Part shown: one piece after another, positions 39,178 through 51,536 of the stretch
How the letters are laid out: every line of letters starts with the position of its first letter
How positions within the stretch are numbered: position 1 is the stretch's first letter
DNA from: Stegostoma tigrinum
Taxonomy: Eukaryota
Direction: 5' to 3'
NCBI RefSeq assembly: GCF_030684315.1
Contig: NC_081374.1
Coordinates: forward strand, 30,850,630 to 30,914,629
DNA: 64,000 bases
Notes under the pieces: generated by a model
Databases searched by the model: none
Told to the model about the DNA's origin: nothing
What the model saw: only the letters and a program-made list of their open reading frames with translations
Made by a program: the position numbers and the translations under genes

Positions 39178-39385
39178 ATAAAATAACAAAAACAGAAGTT
39201 GCTAGAGAAACTCAACAGGTCTGGCAGCATCTGTGGAGAGAAAGCAAAGTTAACATTTCATGTCCCTTCTTCTGAAACATTATTTCTGCTTTCTCTCCAC
39301 TGATGCTGCCAGACCTGCTGAGTTTCTCCAGCAATTCCTGCTTTTGTTTCTGATTTCCAACATTCACAAGTCTTTGTTTTATTTC
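39178..39385 (+). mobile_element. Old-family PLE mini fold-back
   Basis: ~65-bp inverted arms pivoting in the HHR region; tail on the right. Confidence 0.75.
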
Positions 39386-39671
39386 AATGTTAGCTACTAC
39401 GCTTATCATTTAGAAACAGATTATCTAATAAACATAACCAGTACAAATTTATTATAAAAATGACATTTCAGTTAACAAGCTTTTGTCACTTGTAGATGTT
39501 ATAGAATAATACTACAATGGTTCTATGAGGGATTTACCATTTTAATCAATTACAATTCAAAGGGGTAAATGGAATTTCAAACCAGACAACCTAAATTCAT
39601 GTTTACATAACATAAATTTATTCCAAAGTTATCAACTTCACCAGCATGCAACTACAAAGCAGTAGCCAAGT

Positions 39672-39900
39672 CACTGTGGATGCTGGAAATCTGAAATTTA
39701 AAACAGAAAGTGCAGGAAATATTCATCACATCAGGCAGTGGCTGTGGAGAGAGACACAGAGTTAATATTTCAGGTTGATGGCTCATCATTTGAATTAGAC
39801 AAATAAGAGACATAGTAGGTTTTAAGCAAGTACAGAGTCAGAAAAAGTGAGGCAGGTGGAAAAAAGAACAAAAGAGAAGATCTGTGAAAGAGTGAAGAAA
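39672..39900 (-). mobile_element. Old-family PLE 3' end relic
   Basis: ctgtggatgctggaaatctgaaa...ctgtggagagagacacagagttaatatttc. Confidence 0.6.
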
Positions 39901-40089
39901 ATCATTGTAAAGAATTGCTCCTCCCTCTGACCACACAGAACCAACCCAAGGCAATTCACAAATGTATGAACCGAAAATGGATTGTGAACATTGCAGTGCA
40001 GAAACTGTTTGAAATGATTCCCAATGCATCCTACAGACATCACCTCTGTAAGACAAGGGTTGGTATTTCTGTTTCTGCAGATTGGTACC

Positions 40090-40289
40090 TGTAGTGATTG
40101 CAACAAGGTTGGCCAGATTGATATCATAGAATATGAGTTCCCTGATTGGGGCTGTTAATCTGGTTGACAGTAAAGAACAGGAATGTCCGACATCTTAGTA
40201 TTCTCTGAGCTGGCTCTAAGGGAGTTGAATCACTGTCATGGACCCTGGTGATTTGGTGATGGGATATTGGCCTCTGTGGAGTTATTTTA
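40090..40289 (+). mobile_element. LTR of a probable Gypsy element, with a degenerate PBS-like sequence just downstream
   Basis: Begins TGTAGT, ends TTATTTTA (decayed ..TTCA), then gtagccacagg; homologous to the minus-strand copy at 57532-57738. Confidence 0.55.
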
Positions 40290-40911
40290 GTAGCCACAGG
40301 GAAACAAGAGACTTGTAGACTCAGGATTTTTTTGTTTTACTTTAGAGAACATTTTCATAGTGAGAAATCAGGTACCCTGCAATAAAGAAAAGGTCAGGCC
40401 TTTGAAATTCCAATTCACTGAGGAATCTTTCCAGTCATCTGGAAATTGTTCATTTATCTATGTAAGATGGTTTTGATTCAGTTTCTCAGAAGGTTAAAGG
40501 ACAATATACTTCAACAGGCTTTTCATTTGATTTCTGACAGCATCTTAGCACACCCACAAAAAAAGAAAACCAATGAACCCCCCCAAAATTAGTAAATTTA
40601 GGACAGAATATTATCATCACTGTTTGAATAATTGCTTCAGCACTGCAAATAACACTCAAGAGCAATCTTACTATTGGATTACAGGTAAAAAAGGCTAGGA
40701 TATTTCATAAAAGGTAGACAATTATTTTCCACCACAGACGTAATTAAGTGAAGGAAAGAGATTTCATTAAAATATGAAATCAACCTCTACAGCATGAATA
40801 AGGAGAGCATACATTAAATTAAAATGGCAATGGGCTCAACAGGAACATGTCTGCATTACCTCAGAAATATTATCAGCTCCACAGCACACAGACCCACACC
40901 CTCCTCTGAAG

Positions 40912-41245
40912 GGGAGGTGATAGCCTCATGGCATTATCACTGGTTTATTAACACAGAGCCCTAAGTAGTGTCCCGGGGGCCCGGGCTCAAGGTTAGACGG
41001 TAGAATTTGATCCAATAAAAATTTGGAATTAACAGTGTAATGATGGCCATGAATCCATTATCGATTGTCAGAAAAACCCATCAGGGGCTCTAATGTCCTT
41101 TATGAAAGCAGACTGACATCCTATGTCTATGTGTGATTCCAGACCCACAGCAGAGTGGTTGACTCTCAACTGACTTTTGGGCAATCAGGATGGGTAATAA
41201 ATATGGTTTGGCCAGCAACATCCACAATCCTGAGAAAAATTAAGA
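40912..41245 (+). mobile_element. SINE family B
   Basis: tRNA-like head, central ccagacccacagc..gtggttgactctcaactg, LINE-B-like tail. Confidence 0.75.
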
Positions 41246-41585
41246 TAAAAAATACTCTCAGAAAAGATGATCACAGGAAGACAAAGAAATCAGTTACAAG
41301 ACAATTTCAATGATGCCCTGAGTGTCTTCGGCACCAGGGAATTTGACTGACAGTGGCACTGAGGAACCCTGCCAAAACTGGAAATGATTCAATCTTACCA
41401 GAAATCAGCTGGAGGGCAAAATATTGCAGATGCAGATACTACTACTCGCCATACGTTTCTCACTGCCTGGATATCCCATGATCCATGACTTTTGCACCAT
41501 TTTTAAAAGACAGTCATGGTCCAAGTCAAGGGCTGGCAGTCTGGAGCTATTGTAATCGGCTTGTGCTACTCGCCCTGGGAAAGTT

Positions 41586-41656
41586 TGTAACAGTGTGGAG
41601 CTGGAGGAACACAGCAGACCAGGCAGCATCATAGCAGCAGGAAAGCTGACGTTTCA
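41586..41656 (-). mobile_element. PLE pLTR end fragment (tail-less)
   Basis: gtgtggagctggaggaacacagcag...gaaagctgacgtttc. Confidence 0.75.
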
Positions 41657-42345
41657 AGTCACAGCTGAAAATATCAGACTTTGGAAGCAGAAAGATCCGG
41701 TCTTGGCAAAACTGAAATGGCTGGTGCCGATGGGGGAATCCAAAGGGCCGTCAAAACCAGAATTGAAACTTTCTTTGATCCAATCAGACCAGATCACAGT
41801 CGAGGAAGGCATATTATTATGGGGAGCAAGAGAACTGTCCCGAACATAGGTACTGGCTGAACCGCATCAAGGTCATCCAGGGTTTCTAAAATGAAGATGT
41901 TAGCAACAGGTTATGTCTGGTGGCCAGGATCAGATGCAAACATGCCATATTGGGTGGCATAGTGCTCAGAGTGCCAACAAGGTCAAAAATTACTTCCAGC
42001 AGCTCTCCCATATTTGTGGGAATGTCTATGTACACCCTGGACTCAGGTGCATGTCCACGATGTAGGTCCTTTCATGGGCTCAATGTTCTTCGTCATTATG
42101 ATAGCCTATTCAGTATTGTTGGACATGTGGAGTGGTTCATTCACCAAATATGGGGATGAGGAGAAAAAAAAAGCAGGTATCTCTTGCAACACACACACTC
42201 CAAAAAGTATTGGTCACAAATAACAGGCCATTGTTTACCAACAGGGAACTTGAGTATTTTCTGAAGTCAAATAGCATTTGATAGATAAGGACAAATCCAT
42301 ACCATTCATCATCCAATGGTCTGGGAGAAACAGCAGTCCAAACTT
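41657..42345 (+). mobile_element. Decayed Ty3/Gypsy integrase region
   Basis: QKDPVLAKL, GILLWGAR, HQGHPG..KMKMLA.GYVWWPG, PWTQVHVHDVGPFMG, PYHSSSNGL.E.AVQT. Confidence 0.85.
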
Positions 42346-42473
42346 ATGTTTCCATCCAGTCTGACTATATAATTTTCCCCCTCAGCCTCAGTCATATCAA
42401 ATCAACATGTCAGGTTAGGTAGTGCACGTGGGAGACTAACCTCACACCGTACCTTAGAGCTGAAGGGTTTTAA

Positions 42474-42788
42474 GGGCGGCACGGTGGCTCAGTGGTTAGC
42501 ACTGCAGCCTCACAGCACCAGCGACCAGGGTTCGATTCCAACCTCGGGTGACTGTCTGTGTGGGGTTTGTATGCTCTCCCCGTACCTGCGTGCGTTTCCT
42601 CCAGGTGCTCCAGTTTCCCCCCACAGTCCAAAGATGTGCAGGCTAGGGGGATCGGCAGTGCTAAATTGCCCGCAGTGTTCAGGGGTGTGTGGGTTATGGG
42701 GGATGGGTCTGGGTGGGATGCTTCAAGGGGCAGTGTGGACTTGTTGGGCAGAAGGGCCTGTTTCCACACTGTAGGGAATCTATTCTAA
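42474..42788 (+). mobile_element. HE1-like V-SINE, young full-length copy
   Basis: Intact A box and B box (ggttcgattcc), V-domain-like core, tail gggcctgtttccacactgtagggaatct. Confidence 0.92.
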
Positions 42789-44014
42789 ATGCTGACCCCT
42801 TTGACTGATGACTGCTGGCAGGTATGATCAGCAGCCTGGCTTTATATTGATGTTAAAAAGCAAGTCAAGACAAGTGCTGTGTGTATTTAAGCTCTAGCTG
42901 AGAGGAGCAAAGTGCAAAACGACAAGGAAAATCAACAATTCTATAAGTGTCCAATTTGGCACAAAGTTACAGAGCACTAAGAGAGCAATCCGAGGGGCCT
43001 GAGTTGCATCCTGGTCCAATGCTTAAGATGAGATCCTATCCCTGTACACAAAGAGTCCTGGCAGTAGCATTGCAATGAAAGGTGCACCACAGCTCCATAG
43101 TGCATCACTGAAGTGCAGAGCCATGTTTCAAGTGGATCAGAGATGTACCACAAGGATCTGTTGAGGTTAGTACATGGCTGATGCCCAGGTCAATGGACAG
43201 GGGTGTCACTGTCCATGGAGGGTGCCCTGAGGTATTTGTGGCTGATATCCAAGACTGAGGTCCTAAGGGGCAAGAGGTGAACTTACCAGGTAACCGTTCT
43301 GATTTTCATATTGAGGATTGTCACCATCTGTCTAGCACAGAGACAAATGGTGGACTGAATATAATAATGAGCCGTTAATCCGTGCTAATGAAACCAAACA
43401 GCCCTCCCTACACTCAATAGTGAGAATCTTTTGGAAAATGAGACGTTTTGCTCTCAACATTGCAACATTTGCTCAGACAAGATGAAATACGGTGTTCAAA
43501 TCAAACTCAGTGCAAATCTTTAGAGAAAGTTAAGACGTATTTTATGTGACATCTATATTAAATATTTGAATGCGAGATCCACAGGCAAGAAAAATAAAAG
43601 ACAAGATAAAGAAATATTGCACAAAGGAATCTCTAAGTTTTGAACAGAAGAAATACTCTAACAGAACAAAATAGTTAGTTAGGCATCTAGGAAGACAACC
43701 TGAACAAAGATCTGACATTCGCTGCTGACATAAACAATGATACATCAAGTTTAAATGAAAACTTGGAGATCACCTCTGAGGGACTTGCAAGTGAGATTAG
43801 AGAGAATAGCAAAACCACTACAATGTTTATCCTTGGGAGAAACAGACTTTTGGAGGAGACGTAGGAGGCTTTATTTACTATGTAGAGACAGTAACTCAGG
43901 GAGATGTATAGTGTAAAGGGTTAATTTTCTACTAGGCAGGCAGCAAGCTACAGCAATAATGACACAATAGATCACATGGTAAAGAGATTCTGAAGACAGA
44001 TGCTACTGTGTAGA

Positions 44015-44214
44015 TAATAGTGTGAAGCTGGATGAACACAGCAGGACAAGCAGCATCTCAGGAGCACAGAAGCTGACGTTTCGGGCCTAGACCCTTCATC
44101 TAGGCCCGAAACGTCAGCTTCTGTGCTCCTGAGATGCTGCTTGGCCTGCTGTATTCATCCAGCTTCACACTTTGTTATCTTGGATTCTCCAGCATCTGCA
44201 GTTCCCATTATCTC
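44015..44214 (+). mobile_element. Young PLE mini fold-back
   Basis: ~75-bp inverted arms pivoting in HHR stem II, plus tail; 14-bp TSD TGCTACTGTGTAGA at 44001-44014 and 44215-44228. Confidence 0.92.
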
Positions 44215-47200
44215 TGCTACTGTGTAGACTTCATTCTCATTCTAAAGGTGTAAGCAGCTCACAGAATGTGAAGAAACAGTCATCCTAAAAAGACCATAGG
44301 CTCTCTGAGGCTCCAGTACGCTCTCTTAAGCAAAGTAGGCTCTCTTAATGTCTTTCAATACCCTCAAATATAAGAAGAAACTAGTTTGGAAATATATTGC
44401 TATGCATTTACCAAGGTGGAATCAAAATCATGGAACTTTTCCGACTCAATATTTCAAGACAGCTCACTGCCACCTTCAAGGGCAAATATCGCTAGACAAC
44501 AAACTCCACTGATACTCATGTCCTATGAAAGATTTTGTTAAAAATAAATGCTTGATAGTGCATAATTTAAGAATGCATTTGAAATTTTAATCTTCCAATA
44601 TCACAAATCATATACCAGGTAAGCAGATTCAAGACTGCCTTTCCTCTTCTGTAGGAGGATAAATTGGTAGTAATGCAGTTTCAATAATTAGATGCGTTTA
44701 GTTGGACAATATATCCTGCTGTCTGTCAATACTTCACATTAAGTTTATCTAATGATTGAATGCACATACAGGTGATCGACAATATGAGCTACTTTCATGA
44801 AAAGATCTAAACTGCTTCAAATCACGTAACTGCAGGTTTAAAATAAGAAATGAAATAGTGTTCAGTACCTCTGTAAAACCTTATTTTAAAATTGTCACAG
44901 ACATCCAATATTTGTTCTCCAAATTGGTAAATGGCACAGATACATAATTTTCATTATACCTTTCTTGGTTACTTTCTAAGCACATGGACAACTTGTGGCA
45001 CAAAGCACATGAATTGTAATGGATCAAAACAAAAAAAAAGATTGTCGAGCAATACAATTAGTAAATCAATTTGAGTATAATTTCTTTCTGGTCCGAGGCA
45101 GCTTCTGGCCGGATAATTAAAGCCTTTGATCGTAGAAAGAGCTTATCGGCCTACATGTAGGAGGTAGTGACAGACAGTGTACAAGTACAATCACATGTCA
45201 CAAGGCCAGGGCATATAGTGACAGTAATTGGAAGGGGTATGCCCAATGAAGCAAAAGCAAAGTGGTTGCAGTGGTGGGAACAGGTTGACTATAAATGGGC
45301 AAGCAGTCAACATGATAGAGAAGGCCATCGAGAAAAGAAAACAAGGCAGGCAGCAGAATAAAGAACTACACAACGTAGTTACTAAGAGGCAGCAAAGAAT
45401 GTGGCAATTAATACAACATAGGCAAACATTTTAAGCAGAGTTTGCAGGCATTACATGCAAAACTAAATTGACACCATATTTGGCTAAAATATCGACACAG
45501 GAAAGGTGACAGACAGCAAGTGTTTCCAGGCATTACACTTTTGATTTATGATAGAAAAATAAAGGGAATGGAGATAAAACCTTGTTCTGCACTCAGTGTA
45601 TTTGAACAGGAATGGTTAAATATGTCTAGGAATTAATTTACAAGCAAGTCAAATTGTAAGTACAAATTGCGTTATTGTTGCAATATCGTTCTGAAGAGAG
45701 ACAAATACTACTGTCCTTCGAGTACACAGGTCAGTAGAATAAAAGATCCTACAATCAAAATTAATTTTGCCTGATAACAATTTTAACAGATTCTAGACGG
45801 TGGAAAGAATTTCATTTAAAAAATGGAATTGAGGCATTCACACTTCTATTCAACAAACTATTTGCAATACTATAATTTTAGCTTTGAGAAATCAGACAAA
45901 CATAGATTTAACCATATAATTATAATTGCTTTCTTAATCTTAATCACCTTATTTTGTTTTTAAAAACAACAGTGCAGTATCACACAATTTCAATGATCAT
46001 GTAAGAAATTATTTATTTATTCAAGTATAATTTCAGCACTGGATGTTTTAATTGATTTTATCTCTAGTTTTTTTTAAAGGGTATCCTCCATGCCATAAAT
46101 TAACATTTAAATTAATTCAATAATTTACAGCTGTATTTTTGTTCTCTTCAGTTTCTCAGCCTGTCCAACTGAAGGCAAACTGTACTGAATGTACACTTTC
46201 CTCCTACAGCTGCCATTAAAAGATGACTGTAACTAAACAGTTTAGCATAACTTAATTTGCTAATGTTGACATATCTATTTAAAGCAACATGTTCAGAGCC
46301 AGATCAAAACCAAGTGACTTCTAAAATACATTAATAATCCTTAGCTGTTAAATATTTCAGCTGTCTAACTCAATCCTTATATGTCAGAGTGTAGAAATCT
46401 GTAAGAACCAGTTACATTTCATGCCTGAAATTCAGGATTTGTTTGGGTAGAAGATTCAATTACTGGCTGTTCTATTTACTAGCTGACAGTTTGTGAGAAA
46501 CACAATTACAGAAGGAAAGTAGTAGCATCCTATCCTCCGAAAGAGAACAAAGGGTTGGAACCTATAATTTGATATGGAAGCAAATGGTGCAGTGTACTTT
46601 CTGACCAAATAAATTCCAAGATCAACAGTGCCCCCAAATGGTAACAAAGTGACAACATGATGTTGAAAATAACATAAGCAGGTATGGGACTCTTGAGAGC
46701 AGTTTCCCTTTTTGGAAAAAAACAAGGATTTTTGATGAATTAAAGACCAAATAATAACCAGAATGGCACCACGAGTGAAAGAAACTCGAATGGATACCTA
46801 GCATAACATTTATCAAAGTAAGGTTGGTTGAGGAAGAAGACTGAAGCCAATTTTGGGCATCTCTGATTTTGGAAAGTCAAGGCGTTTGAGTTTCTTTCTC
46901 AAGAAAAGAGAGGCTTCTCAGTCAAATAATTTATATTTTCAAGATTGTGCGGAAAATGGACTAAGCTGGTCACTGCATATTGTTAACCATGGCAATTCGA
47001 TCAAATAACAGGGGCACAAGATAAAAATGAACAAGTTATAAGTGAGAAAGGTAGGTTACATGAAATGATTCTATTTTCCTCCAAAGGTTAGAGACTTGCT
47101 CCATAAATTACCAAGGAAGATAATCAAAGACAGTATAAGTAGATTGAAAAAACAATGAAAAATGAGTCTGGGAAAAGAAAACTCTGATGGTCAGTGACCT

Positions 47201-47509
47201 ATGTCATAACAGTGTTGTCACTTGTGCCAAAATGTCATACACGTACCAGTTTCGGACAAGAGGTCCTACTCACATTAGAACCATCTGTGTAAATGTGCTT
47301 TATAAACAAAAGGAACAGGGATCTAACATTACAAGTCTCTATTCCATATCATTTTCTATGAATTTACATGCTTAGAGTGGATGTCAACCTGACTCTCATT
47401 TTCTTGCTCATCATTATGGTGCTTTAATTTGTAATATCAAATCATAATATATAACTTTTAATCGCTCTATTGTGAGGTCTTTAGTGTGCTCCCATTTAAA
47501 ATGTATTTT

Positions 47510-48200
47510 ATTTTTGTTTACTCATGGATTGAGGACATTGTTGGCTAGACTGGCATTTAATGCTGTCCACTGAAAAGGCAATGGTGAGCTGCTTTCTTGA
47601 AGTGTGGCAGTCCATATGGTGTATTATAACCCAGAATGCAGTTAGGGAGAGAATTTCAGGATTTTGATCCAACCATGAGTTTGCAAGTGGTCGTGTTTCC
47701 ATGTATCTGCTGACTTACCCTTCTAGATGGAAGTAGTTTAGGGTCTTTTGCGAATTTCTGCAGCGCATGTTGCAGATAGTACACACTGCTGCTACTAATC
47801 ATCAGTGATGGAGAGAGTTAATGTTTGTGGATGTTGTACTAATCAAGCGGGCTGCTGTGTCTCAAATGATGTCAAGCTTCTTGAGTGTTGTTGGAGCTGC
47901 ACTCATCCAGGCAAGTGGGGATTACTCCATTCCACTCCTGACTTGTGTCTTGTGGATAGTGAAATAGGTTTTGGGGAGTCAGGAGATGAGTTATTCGCTG
48001 TAGGATTCCAAGCAGCTGACATGCTCCTGTAGCCATTGTGTTTATATGGCTAGTCCAGCTCAGTTTCTGGTCAATGCGATGTTGACCATGAGTAATTTGG
48101 TGATGGAATTGTCATTAAAAATCAAGGGTAATGGTCAGATTGTTTTGTTTTATTGGAGATGGTCATTGCCTGGCATTTGTGTGGCACAAATGTTATCTGG
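47510..48200 (-). mobile_element. Family B LINE 3' fragment
   Basis: Reverse complement similar to 8340-9310. Confidence 0.8.
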
Positions 48201-48624
48201 CATAATATGAAGGAAAATGCATTTTTGAATTAAACGCTTATGCATAGGGCCAAACATCCACCTTTATCTAAAAAGGGGGAAGGGGATGGGAGAAGTTTAA
48301 ATAATGAATTAAGTGAAGTAAAACAAAATGTGGAAGGTACAACAACATGCCCCTGTTGGATGGTTACATGGGCATATTTCTACAGAACATGGTTGTGAGG
48401 ATGCAACCCAAATGCCATATTAGGATAAGGGAGTTTAGGCTCAATACTTACAGAAACTAAAAACCAACGCCCAAGATGAGAACTAATTAAAGTAATGTAG
48501 CAAGGTAAAAAGTACCAGTCATCATTATTTATTTCATAGATTATTTGCAATTCTCCACACTTGCATCAAGTTGTAACACAATATTATAGTTCATATATAT
48601 TATATGTGCACAGGCACACAAGCA

Positions 48625-48820
48625 TGGGGTGAGTTGGCTGGATAGTTAGTTTGCAATGCAGAGTGATGCTAAGACTGTGGGTTTAATTCCTGCATGGGCT
48701 GGAGTCACCATGAAGGTCCCACCTTCTCAAACTTCCCCATCATCTCAGGGGCGGTGACCCGTAGGTTCAACATCACCAATCAAGAGAGCACTCCTCGGGA
48801 ACTATGATGAATTTACCTGA
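48625..48820 (+). mobile_element. tRNA-derived SINE family C
   Basis: B-box-like gggtttaattcc, then gtcaccatgaagg..ggtgacccgtaggttcaacatcacc; second copy at 57290-57470. Confidence 0.55.
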
Positions 48821-49526
48821 ATTCATACATATAGCTCAGAAGGAAACATATTTATGATGAGACGTGGAAGTCAGAATCATGCCATACCCAAATCAAAATC
48901 ATTTTTAACAACCATATTACATAACATATGGATCTATCCATACAGGCACAGGGATTCTGCTCATGCTTATCACTGTGCAGGGTGTTTCCTCCAATTTCAA
49001 ATTTCTCAAGATAATGTTTCTGTTAGTTCAACCAGATATCACCCTGAGGTCACAATCTCATACTGCAGAGAGGCCTCTGGTCAACGGTATCCAAAGGCAC
49101 ATCGCCACTGATATAGAGCTGTCCTCATGAGAAATGTTGGGCCTCATCAACCTCTCACACACAAGCAGATCTTCCCCAGAGATGAATTACTCTAAAAGTC
49201 AGCCTTGGCCTCTAGCACCCTGAAATAACTTCAAAAGAAACTGCAACTTAACAACAGGGGCCACTACAAATCACAGCAAGATTCTGCTGTCAGTGGCAAA
49301 ATAGAAAATTGAATTATAAAAATAGAAGTTGAAGCACAACATATTAAAGAAATAACAAACTTTAAGATGTGCAAAAGGGAAACCAAAAATGCTCGCAAAT
49401 AAGTTCCATACTATGGCCTCTGTTGCTTGCACATCTGTTACTGCCTTCTGAGTTCCTGATTTTAATAATGCAATCTAATAAAGCATTCTGGATGTGAGTT
49501 TGCTCGCTGAGCTGGAAGGTTAGTTT

Positions 49527-49566
49527 TCAGACATTTCGTCACCATTCTAGGTAACATCATCAGTGA
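49527..49566 (-). ncRNA. Hammerhead ribozyme motif (Poseidon pLTR, inverted copy)
   Basis: Reverse complement of 51497-51536. Confidence 0.78.
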
Positions 49567-49593
49567 GCCTCCGACGAAGCGCTGGTGTTATGT

Positions 49594-50458
49594 ACCTTCC
49601 CCCGCAACCGCAGGAAATGCTACACTTGTCCCCACACCTCCTCCCTCACCCCCATCCCAGGCCCCAAGATGACATTCCACATTAAGCAGAGGTTCACCTG
49701 CACATCTGCCAATGTGGTATACTGCATCCACTGTACCCGGTGCGGCTTCCTCTACATTGGGGAAACCAAGCGGAGGCTTGGGGACCGCTTTGCAGAACAC
49801 CTCCGCTCAGTTCGCAACAAACAACTGCACCTCCCAGTCGCAAACCATTTCCACTCCCCCTCCCATTCTCTTGATGACATGTCCATCATGGGCCTCCTGC
49901 ACTGCCACAATGATGCCACCCGAAGGTTGCAGGAACAGCAACTCATATTCCGCCTGGGAACCCTGCAGCCATATGGTATCAATGTGGACTTCACCAGTTT
50001 CAAAATCTCCCCTTCCCCTACTACATCCCTAAACCAGCCCAGCTCTTCCCCCCCACCCACTGCATCCCAAAACCAGTCCAACCTGTCTCTGCCTCCCTAA
50101 CCGGTTCTTCCTCTCACCCATCCCTTCCTCCCACACCAAGCCGCACCCCCAGCTACCTACTAACCTCATCCCACCTCCTTGACCTGTCCGTCTTCCCTGG
50201 ACTGACCTATCCCCTCCCTACCTCCCCACCTACACTCTCTCCACCTATCTTCTTTACTCTCCATCTTCGGTCCGCCTCCCCCTCTCTCCCTATTTATTCC
50301 AGTTCCCTCTCCCCATCCCCCTCTCTGATGAAGGGTCTAGGCCCGAAACGTCAGCTTTTGTGCTCCTGAGATGCTGCTTGGCCTGCTGTGTTCATCCAGC
50401 CTCACATTTTATTATCTTGGAATTCTCCAGCATCTGCAGTTCCCATTATCTCTTATCA
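49594..50458 (+). mobile_element. Young Neptune PLE 3' fragment nested in the Poseidon pLTR arm; HHR at 50325-50352
   Basis: Intact GIY-YIG frame (ORF 49585-50100); 12-bp TSD CTGGTGTTATGT at 49582-49593 and 50459-50470. Confidence 0.93.
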
Positions 50459-51496
50459 CTGGTGTTATGTCCCGCTTTCTATTTATCTGTTTAGGTTTCC
50501 TTGGGTTGGTGATGTCATTTCCTGCGTTGGTGATGTCACTTCCTGTTCTTTTTCTAAACAAATTACAGGAAACCTTCAAGACCATCAATAATACCCTTAC
50601 TGGCATAACATTCACAAAAGAGGAGGAAAACAACAACAAACTGCCATTCCTAGATGTCACAGTAGAGCGAACAGCCAATGGGGAACTTCAAACCAGCGTC
50701 TACAGGAAAACAACACATACGGACCAAATACTAAACTACAGGAGCAACCATCCCAACACCCACAAACGAAGCTGCATTAGAACATTATTCCAATGAGCCA
50801 CCACACACTGCAGCACAGAGGAACTATGAAGAGCAGAAGAAAATCACCTATACAGCGTATTCAAAAAGAATGGGTACCCAATGAACACAGTCCGCCGATT
50901 TCTCAGCAACAAACCCAAACAAACAGACAAAACAGTCAGAAACGATAACCACTCTCCCCTACATCAAAGACATTTCCGAAATGACTGCCAGACTACTCAG
51001 ACCTCTTGGCATCTGGGTAGCCCACAAACCCACCACACACTAAAACAGCAGCTAGTGAACTTAAAAGACCCTATACAGACAACAAATAAAACGAACGTCA
51101 TCTACAAAATACTTTGCAAGAACTGTGACAAACACTACATTGGACAAACAGGCAGAAAGCTAGTCACCAGGATACATGAACATCAACTAGCCACAAAACG
51201 ACATGACCCACTGTCACTAGTATCCTTGCATAAAGATGAGGAAGGACACCACTTTGATTGGGACAACACATCCATCCTAGGACAAGCCAAACAGAGACAC
51301 GCACGAAAATTCCTAGAAGCATGGCATTCCAACCGGAACTCCATCAACAAACACATTGATTTGGAGCCAATCTACCATCCTCTCAGAAAAAGAACAGGAA
51401 ATGACATCACCAATGCAGGAAATGACATCACCAACCCAAGGAAACCTAAACAGATAAATAGAAAGCAGGACATAACACCAGCGTTTCGTCGGAGGC

Positions 51497-51536
51497 TCAC
51501 TGATGATGTTACCTAGAATGGTGACGAAATGTCTGA
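51497..51536 (+). ncRNA. Type I hammerhead ribozyme motif (Poseidon pLTR)
   Basis: TCA-CTGATGA-T-GTTACC-TAGAAT-GGTGAC-GAAA-TG-TC-TGA: stem I TCA/TGA, 6-bp stem II, GTC cleavage site at 51533. Confidence 0.8.

Noticed and set aside
42474-42545. tRNA-like sequence with A and B boxes
   Set aside because: It is the head of a SINE and runs into the V-domain-like core and LINE tail; not a tRNA gene.
42980-43290. GC-richer patch, possibly a Harbinger transposase relic
   Set aside because: No convincing motif could be translated.
44015-44214. MITE, DNA transposon or pre-miRNA interpretation of the short palindromes
   Set aside because: Arms are PLE pLTR sequence, the ends are asymmetric and TSD length varies, which indicates retrotransposition; there is no expression evidence for a miRNA.
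49030-49200. Weak resemblance to an RTE LINE C terminus
   Set aside because: Too degenerate to support by eye.
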